Assembly (NCBI GenBank): GCA_963785725.1
Contig: CAWAWS010000008.1
Coordinates: forward strand, 56,264 to 120,263
DNA length: 64,000 bases
Source of the DNA: an uncultured delta proteobacterium
Lineage (GTDB): Bacteria; Myxococcota_A; Polyangia; Palsa-1104
Direction of reading: 5' to 3'
In this document: piece after piece, positions 10,116-24,174 of the stretch
Numbering within the stretch: position 1 is the first letter of the stretch
Layout of the letters: each line of letters begins with the position of its first letter
Program-made: the position numbers and the translations under genes
Notes under the pieces: model-generated
Seen by the model: only the letters and a program-made list of their open reading frames with translations
Databases searched by the model: none
What the model was told of the DNA's origin: nothing

Positions 10116-10612
10116 TGACGCGGGCGCGGCGCGTCTTGCAAGGCTTGGCCTTCGCGACGCTGGCGCTGACCGTCGGTGGTTGCGACCACGAGAAGGACGG
10201 CGCCACGACGGTCGCGCGGCCCGACTATTGTCCGCCCGAAGGCGCGGCGGTGCCGCTGGCGCAGCTGATCGCGCAGACCAAGCGCTTCAAAGGCTGCGCG
10301 GTGGAGACCGACGCGACGTTGATGGGGCCGTACAACATGGGCGGCAACTTCGTCATGCCGAGCTGCGCCAAGAAGGGGCGGACGCTGTTCCAGGTGGCGC
10401 TGCCCGGTCAGACGGCGCAGCCGCTCGGGATGTTCGCGGCCATCGCCAGCGTGCCCGACGGCGACGCCAACGCGCTCTTCTCGGCGCCCGGCAACACGAC
10501 GGTGCGGCTACGCGGCGAGATGGTCTACAAGGGCGCGATGCTGGGGACCGACCTCGGCGGAATGTCGCGCTGCTTCGAGGCGAGCGCGGTCACGGTCGCC
10601 AGCGCAAAGTAG
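10115..10612 (+). CDS. Hypothetical lipoprotein
   Basis: TGATG coupling to upstream gene; lipobox VGGC. Confidence 0.7.
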   Translation: MTRARRVLQGLAFATLALTVGGCDHEKDGATTVARPDYCPPEGAAVPLAQLIAQTKRFKGCAVETDATLMGPYNMGGNFVMPSCAKKGRTLFQVALPGQTAQPLGMFAAIASVPDGDANALFSAPGNTTVRLRGEMVYKGAMLGTDLGGMSRCFEASAVTVASAK

Positions 10613-10875
10613 AGTAGGCCGGTCGCCGGCGCCACGCCTTCGAGCGTCGGCGCCGGCGGCCGATGACGTTTCCGCATCAGCACCTCCTTTGAGCCAGCCC
10701 AACATTTGGTCAGCGTGGCCAGCCGTTGTGCCAGGTCGGCACCGTAACGGCCCGCACCTGAACGCAATCGCAGGTTGTGCGGACCGGATGCTTTGCGCGG
10801 CGACTTGAGCGATGATGGAGCGCGCCTTGCAACCGACGCGGTCGTCGTCGTCGAGCGATCGTCGTAAGAGGTGCC

Positions 10876-13925
<3,050 letters not shown>

Positions 13926-13929
<4 letters not shown>

Positions 13930-14738
13930 CGCCGGCCTGCCGCGAGCTCGAGCTGCAGCTGCTGCTCGAGGCCATCTACCGCAAGTTTCACTACGACTTT
14001 CGCCGCTATTCGCGGGTGTCGCTCGAGCGCCGGCTGACCGACGCCGTGGCCGAGCTCGGCTGCGCGACGCTGTCGGGCCTGCAAGAGCGCCTCCTGCACG
14101 ACGACGCCGTCTTCCCGGCGCTGCTGCGCTTTCTGACGGTGCAGGTGAGCGAGCTGTTTCGCGATCCGGCCTATTTCCTGGCCATGCGCCGCCACATCAT
14201 CCCGGTCTTGCGCACCTATCCGTCGCTGCGCGTGTGGATCGCCGGCTGCAGCACGGGCGAGGAGGCCTACTCGTACGCCATCCTGCTGCACGAAGAGGGC
14301 CTGCTCGACAGCGCCACGCTCTACGCCACCGACATCAATCCCGAGAGCCTGCGCACGGCGGAGGCGGGGCTCTATCGCGGCGCGCGCCTGGCCCGGTTCG
14401 CCGAGAATCATCGACAGTCGGGCGGCCGACGGCCGCTGACCGACTACTTCACCGCGGCCTACGGCTCGCTCCTGTTCGATCGCCGCCTGCGCAAGAAGAT
14501 CCTCTTCTCCGATCACAGCCTGGCCACCGACGGTGGCTTCGCCGAGATGCAGCTCATCTCCTGCCGCAACGTCCTCATCTACTTCGACCGCGCCTTGCAG
14601 GGCCGCGCGCTCGGCCTCTTCAAGGATTCGCTGTGCCGGCGCGGCTTTCTGGGGCTCGGATCGCGCGAGACCTTGCGTTTTACCGAGTGCGAGCGCGACT
14701 TCGACGAGGTCGCCGAGCGCTGGTACCAGCGATGCTGA
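13926..14738 (+). CDS. cheR: CheR-type protein-glutamate O-methyltransferase
   Basis: [32 protein letters not shown] motifs. Confidence 0.95.
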
Positions 14739-17197
14739 CGACGCCGCGCCCGCCCGACGTCAAGCTGCTGCTCGTCGACGACGTCGAGCGGAACCTGTTC
14801 GCGTTCGAGCAGATCCTGCGCCGCGACGGCCTGCTCGTCGTCAAGGCGCGCTCGGCGCGCGCCGCGCTCGAGGAGCTGCTCGTGCACGACTTCGCGCTCG
14901 CCATCATCGACGTGCAGATGCCCGAGATCGACGGCGTCGAGCTGGCCGAGACCATGCGCAGCACCGGGCGGACGCGCAACGTGCCCATCATCTTCGTGAC
15001 GGCCGGGACGCACGAGCGGCGCAGCCTGTTCCGCGGCTACGAAGCGGGCGCCGTCGACTTTCTCTACAAGCCCATCGAGCCGGTGGTGCTGCGCAACAAG
15101 GCGGAGACCTTCTTCGAGCTCTATCGGCAGCGACAGCAGCTGGCGCAGCAGCTGCAACTGTTACGCGAGCAGCAAGAGGAGTCGCGCCGCGCCAAAGAGG
15201 CGGCCGAGGCCGCCAATCGCGCCAAAGACGAGTTCTTGGCCAACGTCAGCCACGAGATTCGCACGCCCATGAACGCCATCTTGGGCATGACGGAGCTGGT
15301 CCTCGATTCGTCGCTGAGCGAGAGTCAGCGGCAGTCGCTCAAGACCGTGCATTCGTCGGCGAGCAGCCTGCTCGGCACCATCAACGACGTGCTCGACTTC
15401 TCCAAGATCGAGGCCGGCAAGCTGGAGCTCGATCCGACCGCGTTCTCGCTGCGCGCGGCCGTCGGCGACACGCTGCGGGCGCTGGCCGTGCGCGCGCATC
15501 GCAAGGGGCTCGAGCTCGTGTGCGACGTGCGCGCCGACGTGCCCGACGCGCTCGTCGGCGACGTCGGCCGGCTGCGTCAGGTGCTCATCAACCTCGTCGG
15601 CAACGCCATCAAGTTCACCGAGCGCGGTGAGGTCGTCATCGACATCGCCGCCGGCGCGGCGCCCGACTCCGACCGCGTCGACGTGCGCTGCTCCATCGTC
15701 GACAGCGGCATCGGCATCCCGCGGCACAAGCAGCAGACGATCTTCCGCGCCTTCGAGCAGGAGGACATGTCGACGACGCGCAAGTACGGCGGCACCGGCC
15801 TCGGTCTGACGATCGCGGCCCGCCTCATCGCCTTGATGGGCGGCGAGCTGACCGTCGACAGCGAGGTCGGCAGCGGCAGCACGTTCGCGTTCACCGCGCG
15901 GCTCCAGCGTCAGCTGCCGGGCCCCGCCATCGGGCCGGTCGCGTCGCCGGCGCCGCCGGACGGGCTGCGCGTGCTCGTCGTCGACGACAACGCCGTCAAC
16001 CGCCGCGTGCTCGCGAGCTGGCTGCGCGGCGCGGCCGAGCCGGCCACCGCCGCCGACGGCGGCGCCGCCCTGAGCGCGCTGCGGCAAGCCGCAGCGGCCG
16101 AGCGGCCGTTCGCGCTCGCCCTCGTCGACGCGCGCCTGCCCGACGCCGACGGGCTGGCGATCGCGGCCCAGATTCGCGCGCAACCCGAGCTGGCGACGAC
16201 GCGCATCATCCTCTTGACCGCCGGCGATCGCGCCGAGGATGACGAGCGCTGCCGCGCCCTCGCCATCGACGGCAGCTTGCCGAAGCCGGTGCTCGAGGTC
16301 GAGCTCCTCGAGGCCGTCGCCGCCGTCATGAGCCGGCCGCCCGGCCGCGCGCCCGCCGTCGACGACCGCGCGCCGCCGCCGAACGTCGGTCGACCGCCGC
16401 CGGCGCGCACAGGCCCGCTGCGCATCCTCGTCGCCGAGGACAACGAGTTCAACTGGCAGCTCCTGCAGCAGCTGCTCACCCGTCGCGGTCACGACGTGCA
16501 GCTGGCGCACACCGGCCGCGACACGCTCCGCCGCGTCGACAGCGAGCCCTACGACCTCTTGCTCCTCGACGTGCACATGCCCGAGCTCGACGGCTTCGAG
16601 GTGGTGCGCACGATTCGCGAGCGCGAGCAGGGCAGCGCGCGCCATCTGCCCGTGGTGGCGGTGACGGCGCGGTCGCGGCAAGAGGATCGCGAGCGCTGCC
16701 TCGCCGCCGGCATGGACGCGTTCTTGGCCAAGCCCATCGACGCCGCGGCCTTGTGGGCGGCGATCGAGCGCGTCGTCCGGCCGCCGGCGACCGCGCCCGT
16801 CGTTCAGCCGTCGCTCTTGAGCGCGCCCGTGATCTTGGCGGCGTGCGGCGGCGAGAGCACGATCTTGGCGGCGATTTGTCGGCGCTTTCGCGAGCAGCTG
16901 CCGATCGATCTGACGACGCTGCAGGCGGCGGTCGCGGCGCGCGCGGCGTCGGAGCTGCGCGAGATCGCGCACCGCTTGTCGTCGATGTTGGGCGCGTTCT
17001 CGACGAGCGCCGGCGCGCTGGCGTCCGACATCGAGGATTTGGCGGCCGCCGGCGAGCTGACCGCGGCCGCGCCGCTCGTGTCGCGGCTGGTCGACGTCGC
17101 GCAGACGCTCGTCGGTCAGCTCGAGGGCGTGTCGATCGATCGGCTGCAGCGTGACGCCGCGAACGCCGAGCCGGCTAGCGGCGAAATGTCCGCCTAA
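14732..17197 (+). CDS. Hybrid histidine kinase REC-HisKA-HATPase-REC-REC-HPt
   Basis: N-terminal LLVDD receiver, [10 protein letters not shown]-box, GGTGLGL, two further receivers, HPt-like AHRLSS. Confidence 0.95.
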   Translation: MLTTPRPPDVKLLLVDDVERNLFAFEQILRRDGLLVVKARSARAALEELLVHDFALAIIDVQMPEIDGVELAETMRSTGRTRNVPIIFVTAGTHERRSLFRGYEAGAVDFLYKPIEPVVLRNKAETFFELYRQRQQLAQQLQLLREQQEESRRAKEAAEAANRAKDEFLANVSHEIRTPMNAILGMTELVLDSSLSESQRQSLKTVHSSASSLLGTINDVLDFSKIEAGKLELDPTAFSLRAAVGDTLRALAVRAHRKGLELVCDVRADVPDALVGDVGRLRQVLINLVGNAIKFTERGEVVIDIAAGAAPDSDRVDVRCSIVDSGIGIPRHKQQTIFRAFEQEDMSTTRKYGGTGLGLTIAARLIALMGGELTVDSEVGSGSTFAFTARLQRQLPGPAIGPVASPAPPDGLRVLVVDDNAVNRRVLASWLRGAAEPATAADGGAALSALRQAAAAERPFALALVDARLPDADGLAIAAQIRAQPELATTRIILLTAGDRAEDDERCRALAIDGSLPKPVLEVELLEAVAAVMSRPPGRAPAVDDRAPPPNVGRPPPARTGPLRILVAEDNEFNWQLLQQLLTRRGHDVQLAHTGRDTLRRVDSEPYDLLLLDVHMPELDGFEVVRTIREREQGSARHLPVVAVTARSRQEDRERCLAAGMDAFLAKPIDAAALWAAIERVVRPPATAPVVQPSLLSAPVILAACGGESTILAAICRRFREQLPIDLTTLQAAVAARAASELREIAHRLSSMLGAFSTSAGALASDIEDLAAAGELTAAAPLVSRLVDVAQTLVGQLEGVSIDRLQRDAANAEPASGEMSA

Positions 17198-17275
17198 GTC
17201 CGACTGACGGTTGACCGCGCGCAGAACGGAGATCGCGGACGCGAGGTCGGCGCCAGCGAGTGGGCGGCGGCCGGG

Positions 17276-18400
17276 TCAGCCGCCGACGCTGTCCGTGCCG
17301 GCCGCGGGCGCCGTCGGGCCGAAGTGCACGGCGTCGCCGGCGGTGCCGTCGAGCTGCACGTTGCCGGTGCCGGCGGCCGACTCCGGATATTCGCTCGCCG
17401 CCCACGTCTCGCTCGTGCCCGTCGCGCTCTGCCGGCCGAGCGGCGCCAACGTAAAGCTGGTCGTGGCCGCGTCGCAGCTGGCGGCGGTGCTGGCGTCGCT
17501 GGCGGCGACGCACAAGTCGTCGACGGCGTTGCAGGTCGTGCCCATGTCGGTCGAGCCCGTGACGTAGATGACGTTGCCGTCGGAGGCGAGCTGCGCGCCG
17601 CAATAGCCGAAGCCGACGCCGGCCACGGCCATCTCGAACTGCCGCGTGACCGAGTTGGCCCACAAGTGGATGACGCCGTACGAGCAGCCGTCCCACTCGG
17701 CGTTGCCGCCGCAGCTCGAAGCCGCGTTGAGCGTGCCGACGCTGAGCCAGGCCTCGACGGTGTAGCCGAAGCCGACGCCGCCGTCACCGAAGCCGCTCGC
17801 GCCGACACCGCCGTCGCTGTCGTTCGCCACCGGCGTGACGATGGCCGCGACCTCGCCTTGCCCGATCGCTTGATAAAGATAGGTGACGTCGTCTTTCTGG
17901 CCGAACTGCAGGAAGCCGGGATCGCTCGGCTGGCTCGAGCCGACGCTGTCCGAGCACTGCGCGTACATCGTCACCGGCGCACCCGGCGTCGCCAGCGTGT
18001 ACGCGACCGGCGCCAGCGCCAAACACTTGGCGCCGCCGCTTTGAATCGTCTGATTGATTCCCGCGAGCCGAGCGTCGATCGACTGCAGAATATCGAAGAT
18101 GTCGGTGGGGCCGGCGCCGAAGAAGCGGCTCTGGATGTCGCTCGCCGACAGATCGTCCGGCTGATACCGGGCGCGATGTTGGCTCGTCTGCAAGCCGGCC
18201 GGCGCCGCGGCGCGCACCGGCGGCGTCACCAGCGGCAACAGCGCCGGCGGCTTCGGTGTCGACGTCTTGACGCTCATGTCGGCTACATCGGCCGCCATGT
18301 CGGGCGTCGCGCCGCCGCTCTTGTCGTCGCCGCCCGAGTGCCCGCAACCGACCGCCGCCAAAGCCGTAAAGCCGCACACGACACCGAATTTTCCGAGCAT
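17276..18400 (-). CDS. Hypothetical lipoprotein
   Basis: GAGGGG RBS, lipobox AVGC, several Cys. Confidence 0.75.
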   Translation of the reverse strand: MLGKFGVVCGFTALAAVGCGHSGGDDKSGGATPDMAADVADMSVKTSTPKPPALLPLVTPPVRAAAPAGLQTSQHRARYQPDDLSASDIQSRFFGAGPTDIFDILQSIDARLAGINQTIQSGGAKCLALAPVAYTLATPGAPVTMYAQCSDSVGSSQPSDPGFLQFGQKDDVTYLYQAIGQGEVAAIVTPVANDSDGGVGASGFGDGGVGFGYTVEAWLSVGTLNAASSCGGNAEWDGCSYGVIHLWANSVTRQFEMAVAGVGFGYCGAQLASDGNVIYVTGSTDMGTTCNAVDDLCVAASDASTAASCDAATTSFTLAPLGRQSATGTSETWAASEYPESAAGTGNVQLDGTAGDAVHFGPTAPAAGTDSVGG

Positions 18401-18502
18401 GAATCCCCCTCGCCACGAGACATCGACGCGAGCGGTCGGCAGGTGAGCGGCGGAGGTCCGACAATCGGGAAATTGCGCACGGCTCGTGCAAAATTCCGGC
18501 GA

Positions 18503-19453
18503 TTACGGCACGAACACGACGCGCTCGCCCGACGCCGACGCCGCCGACCACTGCGCGGCGACCTCGGCCAGCGGCACCACGCGCGCGGCGACGTCGAGCT
18601 TGCCGGCGGCGAACGCGCTCACGATCGCGGGCGCCGTGCCGAACATGTCGGCCGTGCTCGTCGCGCCCTGTCCGCTGCCGAGCACGTGCAGGTTACGCTT
18701 GCGCAGCAGCACCGACGACAGCGCGATCTCGTCGCCGGCCGCCGATCCGATGAGCACCCAATGCAGCGCCCGCTCCTCGGCGCGACGCCGGCGGCACAGC
18801 ATCGGCAGCACCGCCGACGTCACGGTTCCCCACAAATAGTCGAGCACGACGTCGACTTCGCTGGCCGCCTCGGCGACGGCGGCACCATCCTCCGGCGTGC
18901 CCGTCAGCCGCACGATGCGATCGGCCCCGCGCGCCGCCACGCGCTCGAGCGCCGCCGCGTCGCGACCGGCGGCGACGACATGGCCGGCGCCCAATTCCTT
19001 GGCGATCTGCACCGCCAGCTGCCCCGACGTCCCGGTCGCGCCCAAGACGAGCACGCGCTGACCCGCCTGCAGCGCCACGCGCTTCGTCAGCGCCACCCAC
19101 GACGAGATCGCCGGCAACATGAGCGCCGCCACCGCCGTCGCGCTGACGTCGTCGGGCAGCGGCACCATCAGGCGCGGCTCGGCCAGCGTGCGCTCCGCCA
19201 TCGTCCCGAAGGCGTCGTTCGCGGCCAAGAAGTAGACCCGTCGACCATCCGCCAGCCGGCCGACGCCGTCGATGCCGGGCACGAGCGGCAGCGCGCCGCT
19301 GCTCGTGTAGTGCTGCCCCGACGCGCCCGAGCGCACGCGCGGCGACAGCGCCGCCGCCAGCACCGCGACCGGCACGCCCTCGGCTTGGGCCGGCAGCTCG
19401 ATCGCGTCGTAACGCGGACCCTGTCGGAAATCTCGTATGACGGCGGCTTTCAT
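18503..19453 (-). CDS. Zinc-binding alcohol dehydrogenase / quinone oxidoreductase (MDR) family protein
   Basis: AAGGAG RBS; PLVPGIDGVG, VLVLGATGTSG, DVVLDYLWG motifs. Confidence 0.9.
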   Translation of the reverse strand: MKAAVIRDFRQGPRYDAIELPAQAEGVPVAVLAAALSPRVRSGASGQHYTSSGALPLVPGIDGVGRLADGRRVYFLAANDAFGTMAERTLAEPRLMVPLPDDVSATAVAALMLPAISSWVALTKRVALQAGQRVLVLGATGTSGQLAVQIAKELGAGHVVAAGRDAAALERVAARGADRIVRLTGTPEDGAAVAEAASEVDVVLDYLWGTVTSAVLPMLCRRRRAEERALHWVLIGSAAGDEIALSSVLLRKRNLHVLGSGQGATSTADMFGTAPAIVSAFAAGKLDVAARVVPLAEVAAQWSAASASGERVVFVP

Positions 19454-19463
19454 GGCATGCTCC

Positions 19464-19506
19464 TTTGGTTCGTTATGCGAACTAAAGTAGTTCGTGCCAC
19501 GAACCA
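19464..19506. promoter_or_regulatory. Tandem palindromic operators GTTCG-N5-CGAAC, probable MarR sites
   Basis: Copies at 19468-19482 and 19490-19504 in the 53-bp gap between divergent oxidoreductase and MarR genes. Confidence 0.7.
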
Positions 19507-19959
19507 ATGCAAGAGGAAAAGCGCTTGGCCAAACCCGAACCCTCGCTCGTCGATGCTCTGTTTCAGCTGTCGTTCCTCTTGCAAGGACGCCTGGCGCGCC
19601 TGGCGGCCGTGCACGAGCTGTCGCTGATTCAGGTGCGGCTGCTCGGCATCTTGCGCGATCGCGAGCCGGGCATGCTCGAGCTGGCGCGCTATTTGGAGCT
19701 GGAGAAGAGCAGCTTGAGCGGCCTCGTCGATCGGGCCGAGGCGCGCGGGCTCGTCGAGCGCGTGCCGTCGCCCGACGACCGCCGCGCGACGACGGTGCGC
19801 ATGACGACGCGCGGGCACCAGTTGTCGCGCGCGGTCGCCGAGACGATCGGCGCCGAGGTCGAGTCGCTGTTGGCGGTGCTGCCGGAGAAAGAGCGCGCGC
19901 GGCTGGGCACGCTCGTCGCGCGCATCGTCATGCAGCCGGGCCTGACGCTCGACGACTGA
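19507..19959 (+). CDS. MarR family transcriptional regulator
   Basis: ELARYLELEKSSLSGLVDRAEARGLVER...DDRR wHTH. Confidence 0.93.
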   Translation: MQEEKRLAKPEPSLVDALFQLSFLLQGRLARLAAVHELSLIQVRLLGILRDREPGMLELARYLELEKSSLSGLVDRAEARGLVERVPSPDDRRATTVRMTTRGHQLSRAVAETIGAEVESLLAVLPEKERARLGTLVARIVMQPGLTLDD

Positions 19960-20154
19960 CGCGCGTCGCCGCCGGCCGAGCCGGATCCGACGACGCGGCC
20001 GGCGCGGCTCAGGCGCGGCAACGCCAGCGTCGCCGCCGCCCGGCGGCCAATCGTGACGCTCTTTTTTGCGCGCGCCGCGCGAGCGCTGGCCGCACAATCG
20101 CAGGCACACTCGGCGGTCGCCGCGCGGCGGCCGCCACCACGTCGAGGAGACACG

Positions 20155-20532
20155 ATGGCGCAGGGGAAGAAGGTCCTTCTGATCGGGCTCGATCCGAAGT
20201 TCGTCGACTACGCGCATTTGCCGACGCACCTCGACGAGCCGACGCTGCGCGCGGGCCTGGCGGCCGACGTCCACAAGCTGCGCGACCTCGGGTACGACGC
20301 CGAGTGGCTGCTCATCGATCGCGGCGAGACGGCGGTCGCGGTCGTGACGGCGAGGCTGCAGGCGTTCACCTTCGATGCCGTGCTCATCGGCGCCGGCATC
20401 CGCACCATCGCGCCGCTGTTCTCGCTGTTCGAGCGGCTCGTCAACGTCGTCCACGAGACGGCGCCGCGCTCGAAGATCTGCTTCAACACGCAGCCAGAAG
20501 ACACGGCCGCCGCCGTCGAACGCTGGGTTTGA
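20155..20532 (+). CDS. Conserved hypothetical protein
   Basis: GAGGAG RBS; alpha/beta pattern FDAVLIGAGIR...ICFNT. Confidence 0.75.
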   Translation: MAQGKKVLLIGLDPKFVDYAHLPTHLDEPTLRAGLAADVHKLRDLGYDAEWLLIDRGETAVAVVTARLQAFTFDAVLIGAGIRTIAPLFSLFERLVNVVHETAPRSKICFNTQPEDTAAAVERWV

Positions 20533-20777
20533 CCAGAATCGTCGCGGTACGCGCGACGTTTTCGAGCGACGGCGCGTGGTGGTCATGGTCGTGGGTCGTC
20601 AAGTAAGTTGACGATGATGGTCAAGTGGGTTGACTATCGCGCGAGCTTTTCCGTCAGCGCGCCTTGACAGCCTGAACGCGACGTCTACGCTCGCCAGCCG
20701 CTGTGGACGAGGCGTCTACACGACGACGGCGAAACGGGCAGTTGCGGGCGGCATATGTCTTGCGATGCACCCTGGGC

Positions 20778-21317
20778 ATGCCGCGCATCTGTCGAATCTT
20801 CGCTCTGGTCGCCGTCAGTGGCTTGGTCGGCTGCATGCCGCTCGAGGTCGCCAAGCTCGACCCGCGACCGAACGTCGTCTTCGCCCAGCCGAGCCCGAAG
20901 TCGCTCGTGCTGCGCTTGACGCCTGACGTGGCCAAGGACGTCGGCATCCACGACAAAGAGACGGACAGCGACGTCCTCGAAGTCCACGAATGGCGCGACA
21001 CGCTGGCGGGCGGATTCACCAACGCCTTCGCCGGCCAGTTCAAGTCGCTGCCGGCGGGCGCCACCGCCGATTTGGTGCTCGAGATCCGCCGCGCCGAGGT
21101 CGCCATCGCGACCACCGCGGTCGGCGGCCACTACCGCGCCATCGCCGTTCAGGTGACCTATCAGGCGCGCCTGCTCGACGGCGCCGGCGCGGTGGTGAAG
21201 GTGGCGGCGGCGACGGTGGCCTCGAAGCACTCGACCGACGAGCGCGCCGAGGTGCCGGACCTCGTCAAGAGCGCGGTCGAGACGATGTTCGAGGATCTGT
21301 CGGCCAAGCTGTTCTGA
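20778..21317 (+). CDS. Hypothetical lipoprotein
   Basis: Lipobox LVGC; GC3-rich coding frame. Confidence 0.7.
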   Translation: MPRICRIFALVAVSGLVGCMPLEVAKLDPRPNVVFAQPSPKSLVLRLTPDVAKDVGIHDKETDSDVLEVHEWRDTLAGGFTNAFAGQFKSLPAGATADLVLEIRRAEVAIATTAVGGHYRAIAVQVTYQARLLDGAGAVVKVAAATVASKHSTDERAEVPDLVKSAVETMFEDLSAKLF

Positions 21318-21348
21318 GCGCGGCGCTCGCCGGCGCGACCGCGTCCGC

Positions 21349-22212
21349 TCAGCCGAGCGAGGCCTTGGCGCGCGCGAACACTTCGAGCGGCGTCGTGGTT
21401 CCGGCGACCGCCTCCGCGCCCGGCACGCCGAAGTCGATCCAGCCCGAGTTGAAGCCGTCCTCCATCTCCTCGAACGCGGCGGTGGTGCCTGGTTTCATGC
21501 CTTGCGCCTCCAAGCTCGCGGTCCAGCGCTCGCGCGGGATCGCCCGCGCCTTGACCGGCCGTGCCAGCACCTCGCCGAGCGCACGCGCCAGATCGTCCGG
21601 GCTCAGCCGCGAGCCGAGCTCCACGATCTTTCGGCCGCTCCAGCCGTCGACGAGCAGCCGCGCCACCTCGCGGCCGATGTCGGCGGTCGCGATCATCGGC
21701 ACCGCGCGATCCGTCGGCATCAAGTAGGTGTCGAACCAGCCGCTCGCCGCCGTGTGCAACGCGAACGTGTAGTTCTCGAGGAACGAGCCGGCGCGCACGA
21801 ACGCCGTCGGAAACGGCACGTCGGCCAGCGCCGCCTCCAACATGTGCGTCGCCGTGATGTTGCCGAGGCCGTGCGGCTGCTCCGACCCGACCGACGACAA
21901 CAGCACCAGCCGCGGCGGCGGCGCCGCCTGCAGCGCCGCGCGGAAGCTGGCCACCACCGCCTTGGCCTCGGGAAACCCCGGCGACGGCGCCACCGGCGGC
22001 ATCATCAGATAGGCGCCGGCCACGCCCTCGAGCGCCGCCGCGACCGCGCCGGCATCGTGGAAGTCGCCGCGCCGCACGTCGACGCCGCGCTCGATCCAGG
22101 CGGCCGCCTTTTGCGGGTCGCGCGCCAGCGTCCGCACGCCGTGACCCTGCGCCAAGAGCAGCCGCGCCGTCGCTCCGCCGACGTGACCGGTAATGCCTGA
22201 CACGAAGAACAT
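21349..22212 (-). CDS. NmrA family NAD(P)-binding protein
   Basis: VSGITGHVG Rossmann motif, PMIATADIG. Confidence 0.9.
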   Translation of the reverse strand: MFFVSGITGHVGGATARLLLAQGHGVRTLARDPQKAAAWIERGVDVRRGDFHDAGAVAAALEGVAGAYLMMPPVAPSPGFPEAKAVVASFRAALQAAPPPRLVLLSSVGSEQPHGLGNITATHMLEAALADVPFPTAFVRAGSFLENYTFALHTAASGWFDTYLMPTDRAVPMIATADIGREVARLLVDGWSGRKIVELGSRLSPDDLARALGEVLARPVKARAIPRERWTASLEAQGMKPGTTAAFEEMEDGFNSGWIDFGVPGAEAVAGTTTPLEVFARAKASLG

Positions 22213-22291
22213 GTTGGATTCTCCTCTCGGCATCTTGGTAGCGCGAAGCGGTCGGTCGCACTAGTATGACTGGCGGAAAGCGATTGTTGTC

Positions 22292-23257
22292 ATGGATGCA
22301 AAAATCAACCTGGATCTGAACGACGTGGCGCTGCTCGTGCGCGTCGTGCAAGCGCAGAGCTTCTCGGCCGCGGCGCGCGAACGCGGCGTGCCGGTGTCGA
22401 CGGTGAGCCGGCGCATCGCGCGGCTGGAGGCGGTGCTCGGCGTCCGCATCCTCGAGCGCACGACGCGTCGCCTGCGCCTGACCGACGCCGGCCGCACCTA
22501 TTTCGCGCACGCCGAGCGCGCCGTCGACGACTTGGCGCAAGGCGGCGATCGCGTGCGGCAGCTGCAAAAGGAGCCGCGCGGCCGCGTGCGCGTCTTGGCG
22601 CCCATCGCGCTCGGCGCCGCCGTCGCCAGCGTCATCTACGGCTATCTGGCGCGTCATCCCGGCGTCTCGATCGACCTCGAGCTCGACGAGCGCCGCGTCG
22701 AGCTCACCACCGAAGGCTTCGATCTCGTCATCCTCACCGGCAAGGTCGACACCACCGACTTCGTCGCGCGCGAGCTGTGGCAGTCGACGCGCAAGCTGCT
22801 CTTCGCCAGCCCGCGCTACTTGGCGGCGCGTGGCACGCCGCGGCGGCTCGAAGAGCTGGCGCGTCACGACTGCATCGCCACCCGCGCCAGCGACGGCGTC
22901 GCGACGTGGACGATCCTACAGGGCCGCCGGCGCCGCCGGCTCACGTTCGCGCCGCGCTTCTACGTCAGCGAGTTCTCGGCCGCGCATCGCGCCGTGCTCG
23001 CCGGCGTCGGCATCGCGCTGTTGCCCGAAGTGCTGTGCGCCGCGGACGTCGCGAAGAAGCGGCTGGTGCGCGTCCTCGACAGCTGCGAAGGCGAGAAGGG
23101 CGGCGTCTATCTCCTCTATCGCGCGCATCGATCGTTGACGGCGGCGGTGCGCACCTGCATCGACCACTTCCTGGTCGAGCTGCCCGCCAGCGACCCGACG
23201 CGCATCGTGCGCAAGCGAGTCGGCGGCGACGGCCGCGGCGCGCGCCGGACGTCATGA
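22292..23257 (+). CDS. LysR family transcriptional regulator
   Basis: SFSAAARERGVPVSTVSRRIARLE, RTTRRLRLTDAG; divergent from NmrA gene. Confidence 0.95.
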   Translation: MDAKINLDLNDVALLVRVVQAQSFSAAARERGVPVSTVSRRIARLEAVLGVRILERTTRRLRLTDAGRTYFAHAERAVDDLAQGGDRVRQLQKEPRGRVRVLAPIALGAAVASVIYGYLARHPGVSIDLELDERRVELTTEGFDLVILTGKVDTTDFVARELWQSTRKLLFASPRYLAARGTPRRLEELARHDCIATRASDGVATWTILQGRRRRRLTFAPRFYVSEFSAAHRAVLAGVGIALLPEVLCAADVAKKRLVRVLDSCEGEKGGVYLLYRAHRSLTAAVRTCIDHFLVELPASDPTRIVRKRVGGDGRGARRTS

Positions 23258-24174
23258 CGCGCGTCGCCGGCGTGATCGTTCGCTTGGCGGTGTTGGCGGT
23301 CCTCGCCGCCGCCGCGTCGCCGGCGCGCGCGGGCGAGCGCGAGCCGCCCTGTGGCGCGCCGTTGCCGACGGTGGATGCCGTCGGTCAGTGCCTGGGCGCG
23401 TCGGTGCGCAATCCCGGTCCGTGGAGCGTGCTGGCAACGACGCCATCGGCGCGGCTCGTTCGCGCCGGCAATCCGCTGGGGCCGACCGTGTTCGTCGTCG
23501 CCATGCGCGGCAGCGGTTGGGCCGCCGTGGCCGAGGTGGAGTCGGAGCCGGGGCAGGGCCCGCGTCGGGCCGAGCTGCGCGCGGGCGCGGCCGCCGAGAC
23601 GTCGATCGGCGCGCACGTGGTCACGCGCTTCGACGTCCACGTCGACGACGAGCGCGACGCCGCCGTCGAGCTGGCCGGCGAGCGCAGCATCCTGTGCGTC
23701 ATCGACGGCCGCTGCCTCGACGTGACCACCGACTGCCAGGCCACGCGCACGACCGGCAAAGACAGCCGTTCGGTCGGCCAAGCGCAAGGCCGCGTCTCGG
23801 GACGCGCGCAGCTCGGCGCCGACGGGCTCGTCACGCTGACGGCGCTGACGGTCGACGATCCGGCGCGCCTGTGCGCGCGGTCGCCGGCGGCGCAGCGCTT
23901 GTGGAGCGAGCCGCCCGCGGCCGCCGATCGGCCGCGCTGGACGGCGCCGCGCGCCTGCACGGTCGTGGCGGCGCGCGCCTATTTCCGCGATCCGCTGGCG
24001 CTGACGCCGCTGCGCGCTTACGTGCTGGCGGGCGATCGCGTCGAGGTGAGCGATCGCGGCGACGGGGATCCGAGCTACGTCGTCGCCCGCTATCAAGGCG
24101 CGAAGAAGCTGACCATCGGCGTGCTCGACGCCAAGAGCCTCGACTGCGCGGCGCCGAAGCCTGCCGCTAAGTAG
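23254..24174 (+). CDS. Secreted hypothetical protein
   Basis: ATGA overlap with LysR; signal peptide ending ARA; C-terminal SH3-like segment (RAYVLAGDRVEV). Confidence 0.6.
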   Translation: MTRVAGVIVRLAVLAVLAAAASPARAGEREPPCGAPLPTVDAVGQCLGASVRNPGPWSVLATTPSARLVRAGNPLGPTVFVVAMRGSGWAAVAEVESEPGQGPRRAELRAGAAAETSIGAHVVTRFDVHVDDERDAAVELAGERSILCVIDGRCLDVTTDCQATRTTGKDSRSVGQAQGRVSGRAQLGADGLVTLTALTVDDPARLCARSPAAQRLWSEPPAAADRPRWTAPRACTVVAARAYFRDPLALTPLRAYVLAGDRVEVSDRGDGDPSYVVARYQGAKKLTIGVLDAKSLDCAAPKPAAK

